A stretch of 64,000 nucleotides of DNA from Dipteris shenzhenensis (lineage: Eukaryota): NCBI GenBank assembly GCA_047967505.1, contig CM106538.1; one strand, written 5' to 3'. The translations under genes were made by a program, and so were the position numbers. The stretch's first letter is position 1, and each line of letters starts with the position of its first letter. Below are positions 52,601-64,000 of the stretch, one piece after another. The notes below the pieces were generated by a model that worked only from the letters and a program-made list of their open reading frames with translations, did not search any database and was not told where the DNA came from.

Positions 52601-53645
52601 CCTGGCTAGCAAGGGGTTGCATAATAGTCCAACTGAGAGCACCCTCTACATCAAGAAGGATGGGGGGGATATTTTAGTCATCATTCTTTTTGTAGATGAC
52701 ATGCTGCTCACAAGGCCAAATGAGGAAATAATTGCAGATTTCAAGGTTGAATTGAAAGCTGAATTTGACATGTCAGATTTGGGCATGTTAAATTTATATT
52801 TGGGGATCCAGTTCATACAAGACAAGCGTGGCATTGTTATGTCTCAATCCAAGTATGTGCAATAGCCCTTGGATAGATTCAACATGCAAGATTGTAAGCC
52901 TACAACCACTCCCATGGAGCCAAGGCTAAAGCTTATTATGTATGATGCAGGTGAATCAGTGGTGGATGCCACACATTACAGCCAAGCTATTGGATGCCTC
53001 ATTTATTTGTGTAATACACCGCTCGACATTTAGTATGCAAAATGTCAGGCGAGTACGTATGTGCACAGCCCAAAGACAACACATTGGTAGGCTGTAAAAT
53101 GCATCTTTCGTTACTTGCAAGGCATAATGTCTTATGGCTTGATGTTTCCCAGGGGGGTGACTTGCAGATGCATGGTTACAGTGACTCAGGTTGGGGGCTT
53201 GAGACTATGACACTAGGCAGTCCACAAGTAGTAATTGCTTCTTTTTGGGCAAAGCTTGCATTGCTATGCTGAGCAAGAAACAATCCACTGTGGCTACTTC
53301 CTCATGTGAAGCTGAGTACAAGGGAGCTTTTGCAGTAAAGTTGAATGTGTTTGGCTATGTCGTTTGTTTGTTGATCTTCATCTCTCATTGAAGAGTCCTT
53401 CTCCGATTCTCACTAATAGAAGTCAGAGTGCTATAACAGTGGTAAAGAATCCTTTGTTTCATGCTCGCATGTAGCACATTGAGGTGCATTATCATTATGT
53501 CAAAGAGAAGTTGCATACAGGGGAGATCAGTATGATCTATGTATCAACACATGACAATGTTGCGAACATCTTCACCAAAGCACTTCCACGTGAGAAGTTT
53601 GATGCATTTCACAGTGCCCTAAACTTATCTTCTTTTGGTGACTGA
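46660..53645 (+). pseudogene. Copia gag-pol of element D (interrupted at 48606-51278)
   Basis: KLDGTNYSLWS, YFDSGAS, LWHARYGH, IHSDVCGP, TDRG|GG.Y, LDIKIAFLNGDLQEEV, LFVDDML, HIEVHYHY, NVANIFTKAL. Confidence 0.9.
48606..51278 (-). mobile_element. Young non-coding LTR element E (LARD/large TRIM-like, 2673 bp), TSD GGGGG
   Basis: 346-bp LTRs at 48606-48951 and 50933-51278 differ at one position by eye; PBS gctctgatacca at 50921-50932; PPT aaggggagg; no recognisable ORF. Confidence 0.93.
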
Positions 53646-54279
53646 TCATTTCCTTGTACATCATCACATTGGCATTGCAGGGGGGTGTTAGAATCGTTGC
53701 CACATTTTAGGCAGTGACCAATGTAATCCATAAGTGTTACTCAAAAACATAGATGGGAGCATTAAGAGGTTGACATCAAAAGATAAAATCTTTAAAGGAT
53801 AAAGCATATACAACAAGTGATCATTAAAATATAGGATAAAATAATTGAAAAGAGATCATGCAATAAAAGTTCAATTAAAATGAATAATGCACTTAATTGA
53901 TAAAACATAAATGTAAATGATTTAAAAAAGCGCCACTAAATAAATTGCACATAACAATTAGGTAGCGAGTTAGACAAAATAAATTGAGTGTGCCACCAAA
54001 AAGAACCTTATATAAATATATATAGAAATAACTAGCGAAACAAAGAGAGACATAAGGAGAAGTGTACATAAGTGCCACCACTAGGATAACTTTGCCACAC
54101 ACCACTTAATAAAAGAAGATCAATGCTATTACATTAAATGTCAGGAAGAGTTTGTGAAATTATGTCCATGAGAGAGAGCGTTCATTTCAAGAGAAAGAGA
54201 GTGAATGGTTATCCTATTGTTTGAGAGAGAGCATCCGAAGCTCTACCTACACACCCATGTCCAGCATTTTAGTATCGAG

Positions 54280-56537
54280 GTTCCTTATGGAAGTTCTCAT
54301 AGACTCTCTTTTGTGAGATTGTTCATTTTATGTGCATCTTGAGAAAGTAAGGTGCAAGGTTTGCTTTCTCTGTTGTTGTTCCAGTTTTGGTGAGCCTCAT
54401 CGACTACCTACCTCTAGTCCATAGCTCTCGACTTCAGAGCTCTGCAACGCCTCACATCTAGAGAGAAGGCTTTAAGCCCAAGCTCCTGTGTGACTACAGC
54501 AGCCCACTATGCTTAATGCCAAGCCCACTACAATAAGGTCTCCTGCTATCTGTAGCTCTACTCAACTCACAGGTGCAATGCTCTACCTATGACTAAAGCC
54601 TCATGGCTAGCCCTTAGCAAGCTAGAACTAAGGCTCTAAAGCTCCTCAAGTCTATAAAGACCTCCAGCCTTGACTCTTTGCAATGATACACAACGCAAAG
54701 CCAACGGCTGACTCCAAGCTCTTCCATCGACTTTCAGCAAGCTTCTACGGCTCCCAGCGACTCAAAGGTGCAGCAGCCTGGCTTACTCCATCAATGAGCA
54801 AGACAACACCCGCCTGAGTAGCTCCAAGCCTCTCCAAGTGCTCTTCAACATTGATAAACTGCCTACTGCTCTAGAGCGGCATGAACATGAGGTTGAGGGT
54901 CTCCATGATGAGGACATGCAGCTTGTAAGGACGGGCGATGAAGAAACTGGTTCCACAGAAGCATAGTGAAAGGATGCGCTCCCAAATTGCGCTCCTCTTT
55001 GTCTTTTGCTTCATTAGTTCCAACCGTCCCGATCCTCTCCTTCACAGTAGCCAGCCTATCTCTCCATGAATTCAAAGAGAGTGAAACTCATCCTAGTGGT
55101 AGTGAGTAAATGCATCAGGTGCCATTTGGAGGGAGGTCCATGGAACCGACCTAACGGAACGTCACAAATGCCTAATAACGAAGGAAGAGATATGGGAAGT
55201 GGTTGCTGATCTATGAAAGAAAGCCACAGCTCAATCGATCGAAGCAACTATAGAATGGCCACGCTTCAATGTTAATTTTAGGTGAAAAGAAATGGATGTC
55301 GTTAACGACGACGCAATTCAGCAACAAGCAAAGTTTCCAAGGTCAACAAAAAATGACACGTGGCAGATAGGGTAAGTAAACCTTGTAGGTGTGGTTAGGT
55401 AAGGTTAACACATGGCAACTCAACCCACACTAAGCCATGGTTAGAAGTGGTTAAGTTAGCAAGGCTAGGTTGAGTGATTGGATCATAGTTCAGTTTTCTT
55501 AACCTTGGGTCAACTTATTTGGGTCAAAAGACTACCACATGTCAGTAGTGCCACCTAAGCACTGAGGCCCTTATGAAGCACAATTTGAATTCTGCATGTG
55601 AATCTTTGTGCCACATCATCAAGGCCCCCTCTTCTTCACAAAAACTTCGACAAGGTGTAACTTGCAATCTAGGAGGAATTTAGACACGCTCTAAAAAGGA
55701 AAAGTGACCGTCTTTTCAAGCTCTATGTGCCTATCAGTTCAAAATCATTGTTAGCAATTAGACACTGCCAATATTGAAAGAAATCAATTGGTAAGACCTT
55801 TGCAACAAATGGAAAAGCGACGCATGAATGCAAAAAGCATGCCGAAAGCACAAGTGCATGAGATGACCATAGCACAGAGCATGGCATCCACACATAAAGC
55901 ATTAAGGCACATGGAAGAACAAAGCATCATGCATCAAGCTACGTTAAGAGAAGAAGCAAACACCATCGACATCAAGCATTGAGAAGCAACATCCTTTCCA
56001 CCTACAGTCCATATGTTTGTAATCAAACCTGACCACCTGAGAGTATCTATGAAAGCACCCACGGGAGGTATTGACATGTAAAGCACACTTGACCACCTTA
56101 AGTAGCAATGCATGCACTAAGGGGAGGTAATGGAATGTAACTCACATCTGACCACCTTGCAGTAGCCAAAGGATCATGGCACCAAGGGGAGGTGTTGAGA
56201 GTTGTGGTGCCATGAGCACATAGATTAAAGGGCTAAGGTATGGTATAGAAAAGAATCAAACTAGCCACCCTAGGATGTAAACTACATGATGTGAAGATGT
56301 GGATCAAGGATATCCACAAGGAGAGATGTGGATGAGAGGATCCCACATGGTTGACTATTCAAAGGGCACTCTCTATATAAGAGGCCTATCATGTATTGTT
56401 GAGAACACACATTGCAAGAGATATAGATTTGCAATCTCCCTCTCATGTCTTATTTAGTGTGCTTTGAGCCTCCTTAGTTCTTCTACTGATCTTGTGTGCA
56501 CTAGGCTTAGTGACGATCACATGCTGGCTCTTTGACA
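54280..56537 (+). mobile_element. 5'-truncated relative of element E (element F); 3' LTR at 56193-56537
   Basis: 55540-56410 colinear with the reverse complement of ~48735-49690; PPT aaggggagg; TGTTGAGA...TTTGACA termini; left boundary approximate. Confidence 0.8.
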
Positions 56538-57699
56538 AAAGGGCCAACCGTTAAGAGAGTAAGGTGCAGCCAACAACTCTATGAGCGAATCATGCAGTGG
56601 GAGTCATTTGCAACCAGTAATTCTACAAGCTATTCTACTTCAATAAGGGGGGGGAAGTCAGAGAAAACAACGTGTTAGCACACAAAGAATAGGGGAAGGA
56701 GGTTGATGTATTGCCAGATCCATGGCTTGCCAACAAGGAAGTTTATCTACCAACCAACGATGAAAGTGGAAGAGCCATGAAGAGTGAACCTCAAAGCCAA
56801 GGTTCAAATTAGATGTGTGAATGTTAGGGGAATTTTTGTTGAAAATTAAAAAGATAAAAAAGGGGGGTTGGGGAGGGGGATTTTATATATGTAATAGAAA
56901 CTAGGAAAATGATGAAACAAAGGAAAAGGAAGGTGGGAAGGGTGCAAGAGTAATAGAAGAATGAAATTCTCTTTATAAAAATTAGAGAGGGTAAGCTAGG
57001 GATAGGATAGGATAAGTAAGGATATAATAAGTAGAGCTAGATGAGAGGTTACTAATTAGGGATAGAATGAATGGATAAAGGTAGTGTGACAACAAAAAAT
57101 GATATTTTATTTTGAAACCTATGGGAGGATATGTGGGGCCCGCAAGGTGACAAAAGCTAGCCATGGAGACAAAGAACCAAGAAGTGTGACGGAGAAGTTG
57201 GTGGTGAGAGACGACTCTTTGCGGCTACTCTCGTCGCGGCTTGTGAATCTTTTGATGTCGACTACTTTATTTCATGTAATCATTAATGTGGGTTTGACAC
57301 TAATTAGAATCATTAGTGAAAATGATTGCAAATGTGATTATGAGTGGAGTGCATCATTGTAAATACCACGGGTATGAATTATAAATACCTTGGTATAGGG
57401 ATAGAATGGTTTGAGAGATATATTATTTGCTTTGTAATTGGGAAAATAGAAATGAGTCATGTATTTTGAGTGGGCCAGACGACTGCATGACCTCCATAAT
57501 GTACTAAAATAATATGGAGAGCACATGCCAAGCACATGGAGGGCATGTGAAGGAGTGTGGAAGAGTGTAAAGTCAAGAGGAATCCTTCTAGAATTCCAAG
57601 GTGGTATATGGAGGATGTTGATATATGGAAAAGAGAGGGTCCCTATGGGCTCCAAGGGGAAAGACTCTTGACTTTCTCAATTTTTAAACAGTCATGAGG

Positions 57700-58810
57700 A
57701 TCTTGTGATGGGACACTTGTCAAAATGTGCCCAAAAGGACATTTGATGGTGACCCATGTCCTTATGTCACCAGGGGGTGAAGAAATTTACTGCCTGAAAA
57801 TGTAACAAGGTGAAGGAGGGTGAGAATTGCTCTATAAAAGAGACCTCTCTCCAGCATCTGGTTCTTCCCTTCGTAGTTATGCCATCACTTGTATCTAGCT
57901 TTGCCTATCTTTTCCCTTTCCCCTAGAGCATTAGGCTCTCACTTTGTACCCCTCTTCTTGCTTTTGATGTTTTGAATAAAGTTAATGCTTCCTTTTCCTC
58001 ATCCTTCTTCCATCTCCTCTCTCCTCACTCTAAAGCTTAGTGTACCCACATGAGTCATTTCTAGATCTGTGTTAAGGGTATTCTCTACTGGGCGACCTCA
58101 ATTTGCCATGTATCTGGGAAGCTACTTCTCTGCTAAAGGAGATCATTGCCCTTTCCATAACTACAATCGAGTATGGACAGTTTTGACTGTCTTCCGTAAA
58201 ATGGTCATAACTTTCTGCTCTGAGCTCTGTTTTGAATGAAACTTATATCAAAATCTTCGTCTTTTCAAGATCTATCTATTGATGTATTCATATATTTGTT
58301 CCATTTAGTTGAATAAAAGTTATTATTATCTAAGTGGTTGGGTCTGTTGTTTAGAGCAGTTTTGAGAACCTTTCGTAAAACCGTCATAACTTTCTGTTCC
58401 AAGCTCCATTTTGAATGAAACTGATATCAGAATCTTCATCTTTTTGATATCTATGTTTCGTCCCAACCATCCCATTCAGCCAAATCAGCCCTATCAATTC
58501 ACTCCTTTCACATCAGTTCACATTGTATTGAGTCAAAAGATGTTCTTCCAACAATGGCTCACCCTTACTTTTGGGGCTGACCGATTAGCTCAAATCAATG
58601 CTTCCCCTCAACCTTTCTTATTTCCAATGCTAGAGTACAACCTCACCTTTGACGTCTATATCTTTGTTTTGATCTGAGAAGATAGAGAGTGAGTGTCTCT
58701 TTAAGCTTCATCTAATGCCCAAATCTCCTCTCTTCTTCAATTTGTGGGTTGAGACGTAACCAAAACCAAGCCCCCAGATTTGTGTCACATCTTTTGGCGG
58801 AGACGCCGGG
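57700..58810 (+). mobile_element. Probable 5' LTR and PBS of a Ty3/Gypsy element
   Basis: TATA ctataaaag at ~57832; 180-bp-period duplication at 58170-58455; ends tgtgtcaca at 58789, then tggcggagacgccggg; upstream of gag; left end uncertain. Confidence 0.55.
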
Positions 58811-59714
58811 TAGGTTTTGCCTAGGATTATCCTATCATAACCTCACGATCTCAGCTTGTTTACAAGCAAAGATTTTCTTCTTTGTGCTCATTTTTTGTGC
58901 AAGATGTACAACATTCCAATGTTCCGTGGATCAGAAGGAGAAGATCCAGGAATTCAATCGAGCATGCCACTTGACTAGTTGGTCTATGAAGGAACATGCT
59001 GAGATACTTCTAGATTTCTTGGAGGGTGTGGCCTTAACTTGGTACGAGGCCTTGACAAAAGATACCAAGGATGATTGGGAAAGCTTGGTCGAGGCAATGA
59101 AGGAGAGATTTGGAACATTGGAGTCACCAAATTCCTTGTTATTGCAGCTAGAGAAGATTTCCCAAAAGGAAGGAGAGTTAGTTTCGACCTTCGCTATGAG
59201 GTATGAGGACTTATTCATTAAGTACCAACAAGCTGCTTTGCATGTGGTTGAGTCTTCTTCATCTTCTACAGGAGATTCTAAAGGTTCATTGGCAATGGAA
59301 CATCTCAAGATGAGCAAATTTGTTTATGGTTTGGATTCTACCTTGCGTGGAAAGGTTCTAAGCAAAAATCCCAGTAATTTCAAAGAGATTCTTCGCATTG
59401 CTTTGAAGAAGGAGGTGGCCCATCAAATTGAGCCCACATTTCAGCCATCTACAGGTGTCATGACTCCGGCACATCGGGTAGAGGTAGCCTCAACATCCCA
59501 GGTATCTGCTCCCTCACTGGATCATAATATTGCACAATTGATGGCAGAATTTGCTGATTTCAAGTTGCACTTAGTGAATGCCAAGCCACCTAGGGCTCCA
59601 CGAACTAAGGATAAGCCTAGGGATAAAAGCAATGTTACCTATTATGAATGTCAAGAGAAGGGACACTATCGTCCCAAATGTCCAAAATTGAAAAAAAAGA
59701 AGACAAGAGTGTAG
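58749..59714 (+). pseudogene. gag: Ty3/Gypsy Gag (Retrotrans_gag-like plus degenerate CCHC knuckle), no proper start; pol absent
   Basis: LEGVALTWYEAL...WESLVEAMKERFG...ISQKEGELVSTFAMRY; YYECQEKGHYRPKCP. Confidence 0.8.
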
Positions 59715-59799
59715 TACTCTTAGAAAGAACATGTTCAGAGGAGGAAGATGAGGAAGAAACTTTGATGCCATTGATGACAAGAAGTCGTAAAACTTGGAG

Positions 59800-62462
59800 T
59801 GACGAGGAAAGCTACCAGATTAACTGAGTCTAAAATCTTTGTTGGTCATCAATAACCAGCGTCAATTGTGCTCTGGCAAAAAAATATATATACGCGTATG
59901 TGTATTTACAACGTCTGTGATATACAAGCCCTTGAAGTATACAAGAATTCAATATATGGCCTGGCAAAAGTGGAAAAGTGGATTTCAAAGCTCTTTACGT
60001 AGAATATAAGTGAGTTCTTTACATAGAACCGACCCGGAATAAAATTAATTAGTGTTCCTCCTTCGCCTCCTTTCCTAGTGTTTATCTCAGGAGAGACTTC
60101 GAATCTTACGTAGTTCTAGGAGAGAATTCTAGGATAGTTCAGAATGTCGATGCAGAATAGCATGCCTATAGTGTAACACACCACTATAATTTCCCATTCG
60201 AGCTATCACGTAAGGTGCTGAAATAGAGAACATAAATAGTCTCCATCTAAGACACCCGGGCAGCAAGCGCTCTCTGAGGGCCATCCAAGACACCTGGGCA
60301 GCCAGCGCTCTCTCGTGAAGATTTATTATCCTACGAATAGCTCTATGGACTTAGGGTCAGACTTACTATGAAGATCTCAGTCGTTTTTATGGTCCAACAA
60401 GGCTTCAACTCTTCGGTTTTTCTCTTCCCTGGGTATCTGTCTCTGTAATATCTTGCACCGACCCACCTATATGGCGAAGCCATCGAGGCAAAATTTAAAA
60501 GCTCTGGTTTATGAAAATCTCATAAGAGAGAGAGCATAACGTGCTGCGATGCTCAAGGCTCTCTTTTTCTTTGGTGGCTTAACGAATATTGGGCGTGCTA
60601 AGCCTACATATCGTGAGCTGGGGTGTCGCATATAGTGTACCAGTAGCGAAGGAAATACCTGTGGTAACTCGCCATCAACGGAAGCTTGACTTAAGCTACG
60701 CAGTAGATCTCAAGGTAGATGGGCTTGCGCGTGATTCCGTCCACAGCTCTAGGTTGGTCGACCTCTCTCTCAGAGGATCTGCATTGTTTAGTGTTGTGGT
60801 TGGTTCTAGGTATAGGTAGAAGCGAGAGCTCCGGTTGAAACTAGACAACCAGGCGGTAGAGAGTATATGCGGGGAGCTTAGCACAAAAGTAAGTGGGATG
60901 GGCTTGTCGAGATAAGTACATACTATCAAACTATGGTTATGAGCTCCCCGTAGACCAGAATACTCTGTAGCAAGACTTTCATACTCATACACAATGCTAC
61001 GACTAGCTAAGCCAACACAGAAGAAACTGAGACGCAAAAGTGGTGGAAACAGAGCCACTGTGGGAGGCTTTGAGCCAATTGCGACTCATATAAGTGATAG
61101 GAGTATTTCCTAAACAATGGCGTGACTGCAAGCGTTCCAAAGTCTCCTGCACATTCCAAAGTGAAGTGCTCTAGTGCCTATGCAAAATTGGAAACCAAGA
61201 GTCGACAGAGAGAAATGGCAATACTTTCGTGGGCGTAGGGCTCAAAGATCTCGTGGGAGCCCTTACCTGGTTCAGGTCCAACTCCCCGAAGTCTGCTGCC
61301 ATCCCAAGAGCATTGCTAACGCAGGTTCGTTGAATAGTGGACTGGCGAAAGTCGAACAGTGGGCTCCCAAAGATCTTTACATAGAGTCCAGGAGAGCTCT
61401 ACGTGAACGTCTGGCATGCCAAGCAAAGTAGTGAATGGACTCGTGAAGAAGGAGATTGATGAAGGAATGGGAGAAGATGCGCCATGAAAGCCATACAGCT
61501 GTAGGAGAGCCTTGGGCCTTCATGTTTATTGGTGGGAGGTCTTCAAGGAAAGGGAGAAAATAATCTTTAGCAATGTTGTATCCCGAGTGTTGCATGGAGG
61601 AGCATCGTCCTTCACATCAAACCTTGGCCTAAGGTCTTCAAAGTAGGCCTCCATCATCTGCCATTGATGGATACACTTCGTAATGGACAATGCGGTCATT
61701 ACACCACATTTTTAATGGGCAAGGAAGGCATTCCTTTTCCCAAGTACTATATGTCCTTGTATATTATTAATTATCTATCCTTACACATAGGATTCTTTTC
61801 AAGAAAATCACGTATTCCTCATAAAATATAAAAAACTAGGGAATTCCAACTCCATTGGTGGATTAGGAGGCATAATAAATACTCCCCTCATACATGGTCT
61901 TACCGCCTTAGATAAATTATTTGCCCTCGAAAAAATATGTGGCTTATTGGGCAGTGTGTAGTCTCCAAGATAGGTGGCTAAATGGGTAGTAGTGGTACAG
62001 CACACCCCATCCCGCCCTGGTGCATTTGGATATCAGCAATCCATCATCATCATATTGGGAAAAGGGTAATACCCATCATTTATGAAGCAGGTATACGGTA
62101 TTGGTACTAGCTCGGTCGCACCATTGATAATAATAAATTCATATCATCCATGTGTGGTATTTTCACCATTGTGGCCTTTGGTCACCATGGGTATCATGGT
62201 GCCCTAGTATTCCTATGCCCATATATGGCATACAATATATAGAATGAGTGTTTCAATAATCCGAATGGATGCAATAACGTCCTCAAATTTATATTTCCCA
62301 AACCTTTTCAATTACTACACAAAAAATATACAAAAATCAATCATACTTCAAATCTCAAACCTTTCTTCCATTGAGGTCACTAGCAAAGATGAGGCCAGAG
62401 CAAGACCAATTAGGTCCTATACATACTCCCCCTACAATGGATCTGCAAAATTCCCCAAGGGG

Positions 62463-62528
<66 letters not shown>

Positions 62529-64000
62529 CAAGACAAACAATATCCATCTTAGACTTATCAATCAAGACAGTACATGATAAGATAATTTTTACACGGAGGG
62601 ATTGAAAATATATATTCAATTTTCTAATTTATAAATACCAAATGATATTGAAGGAGCTCCACTCACCTGCATCTATCCACAACAAGGACAAGTTAGAACA
62701 AGAATCCTTACTTGTGGGACTGCAGGCTTCAAAGCGCAGCTCCACTTGTTATCAATGTCCCAATATCATAAGCCATTTACAATGGTAAACTATGTCGACC
62801 TTGGATGGTGCATCATGTGGCACCTCAACATTTGAGTCACAGGTATCCAGATGCTCCACATGTATTCACTCTTTTTGAGCTGCCATTTTACAAATTTCCC
62901 CAAACAAGGGTTCATAAGATACTTTCACATCATATATTGTACGGTGCCCTCTCCTAAGACAAATGGTCAACTTGTAAGTATTTGAAGAAATAAAACTACA
63001 ATCATGATAATAAAAGATTAAGTTCCTATGTGGAAGTCATAGTTGTCTTTCCTTATATGCCTCCTTATACTACGGTAGTTGTTTCATTGCCTTCACATAT
63101 AACAAAGGCAAGAAGACAAAGACTTGTCTAAGTCATCCATACTTCATGCCCCACACATATTATCTAATGTTAAAACCATGATAGGATAAATTCCCATATA
63201 CATGGTGTTCCATAGCCAATCCTTTAAGGATGGTAGTAAATGTCGACAAAATGCCACATACCAATGTATACTTTATACATAGAAAGTGCTTTAATAAAGG
63301 AAATCACACCTTATGTGGAGTAGATCCGAACTCTCGTAATTCGCCCGATTTTGCTTAGCATGTAAAAGTCCTTCACCTTGTGCTCTTAATAGTGAGTATG
63401 CAAGCACTAATTAATTGTCCATCCATGGAATGAAGCTTGTAAGCTCGTGCACTGCCTTCCATGATTTATGTCACAATCATACAGTCCCCGTAGCCATTAT
63501 CTACTTTGGTCTCATACTTAGCCAAAGAAAGAGCAAAATAGCTATGAAAGTCAGTAGTAGATAATTATGGCTTACCCTTCAAAAACCCAGTAATCAGTTA
63601 TATTCCTAGCCAACCAAATCCTTTGCTAGTACCACCATGTGACGACTTAGTAGTCTATGGAGTCATCTCGTCCTTCTGCATGTTCCCAATATTGATAGAT
63701 ATGTAAGCATTCCATCCTTTATTATTGGCGCCTAGTACCGAGGTGGTAGTCGATCACATTGGCTCTACATCGTCAGCCGAAAGCATGGGATCTCCAAGAA
63801 ATGTAACTGCTATCGATTATCATCACGGTGGTGATCATCACAACAACAAAAATGGTGCTCATATGTGACGTGTAGGAAAAAATATATGTCTTACTGTGTA
63901 GACAATGATCTTAAATGGTAGAAAAATTGTTTGCGAGTTGGGTGACAAGTGCTTATCCTGAGAGGTATCCGTGGCTCGGAAGGCGGTCACTGGTTAGAAG
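59800..64000. other. Unassigned segment of different composition (possible organelle-derived or other foreign DNA)
   Basis: Abrupt end of the Gypsy remnant; visibly more CpG; no LTR or pol motifs recognised; short GC-rich direct repeat at ~60243-60313. Confidence 0.3.
62464..62526. repeat. (TG)n microsatellite
   Basis: Uninterrupted TG run. Confidence 0.97.

Larger units (their letters stand above)
45422..53736 (+). mobile_element. Copia element D; 5' LTR at 45422-45659, PBS at 45662, 3' LTR truncated after ~50 bp (from 53686)
   Basis: TGTTAGAAT starts both LTRs; tggtatcagagcc; PPT agggggg; degenerate gag-pol interrupted by element E. Confidence 0.88.

Noticed and set aside
62244-62619. CVCV/HTHT ORFs (also 45035-45232)
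   Set aside because: Translations of (TG)n microsatellites

Overview
Gene-free, CpG-depleted, repeat-dense eukaryotic DNA that looks like large-genome land-plant heterochromatin (inferred from the Copia/Gypsy content and tRNA-iMet primer sites; the taxon cannot be fixed from sequence alone). The main object is a ~15-kb cut-and-paste DNA transposon at 3158-18115, delimited by perfect 26-bp terminal inverted repeats and a 4-bp CCAA target-site duplication. It encodes a lightly damaged Sola-like/DUF7869-type DDD transposase (one stop, one frameshift). Its cargo includes an array of ~12 GC-rich 22-bp palindromes in a poly-C block, two copies of a minus-strand TATA module, and a 5.7-kb 182-bp satellite with 3-mer (~546 bp) and apparent 12-mer (~2.2 kb) higher-order structure. 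The rest is a nest of LTR retroelements: four degenerate Ty1/Copia elements, two gag-only (TR-GAG-like) copies, a very young non-coding LTR element with a truncated relative, Gypsy gag/protease remnants and LTR fragments. An unexplained, more CpG-rich tail follows from ~59.8 kb. Across six LTR families the polypurine tract and LTR start sit in the loop of a family-specific hairpin. No intact host gene, rRNA, tRNA or CRISPR array is supported. Coordinates were counted by eye and may be off by a few bases.
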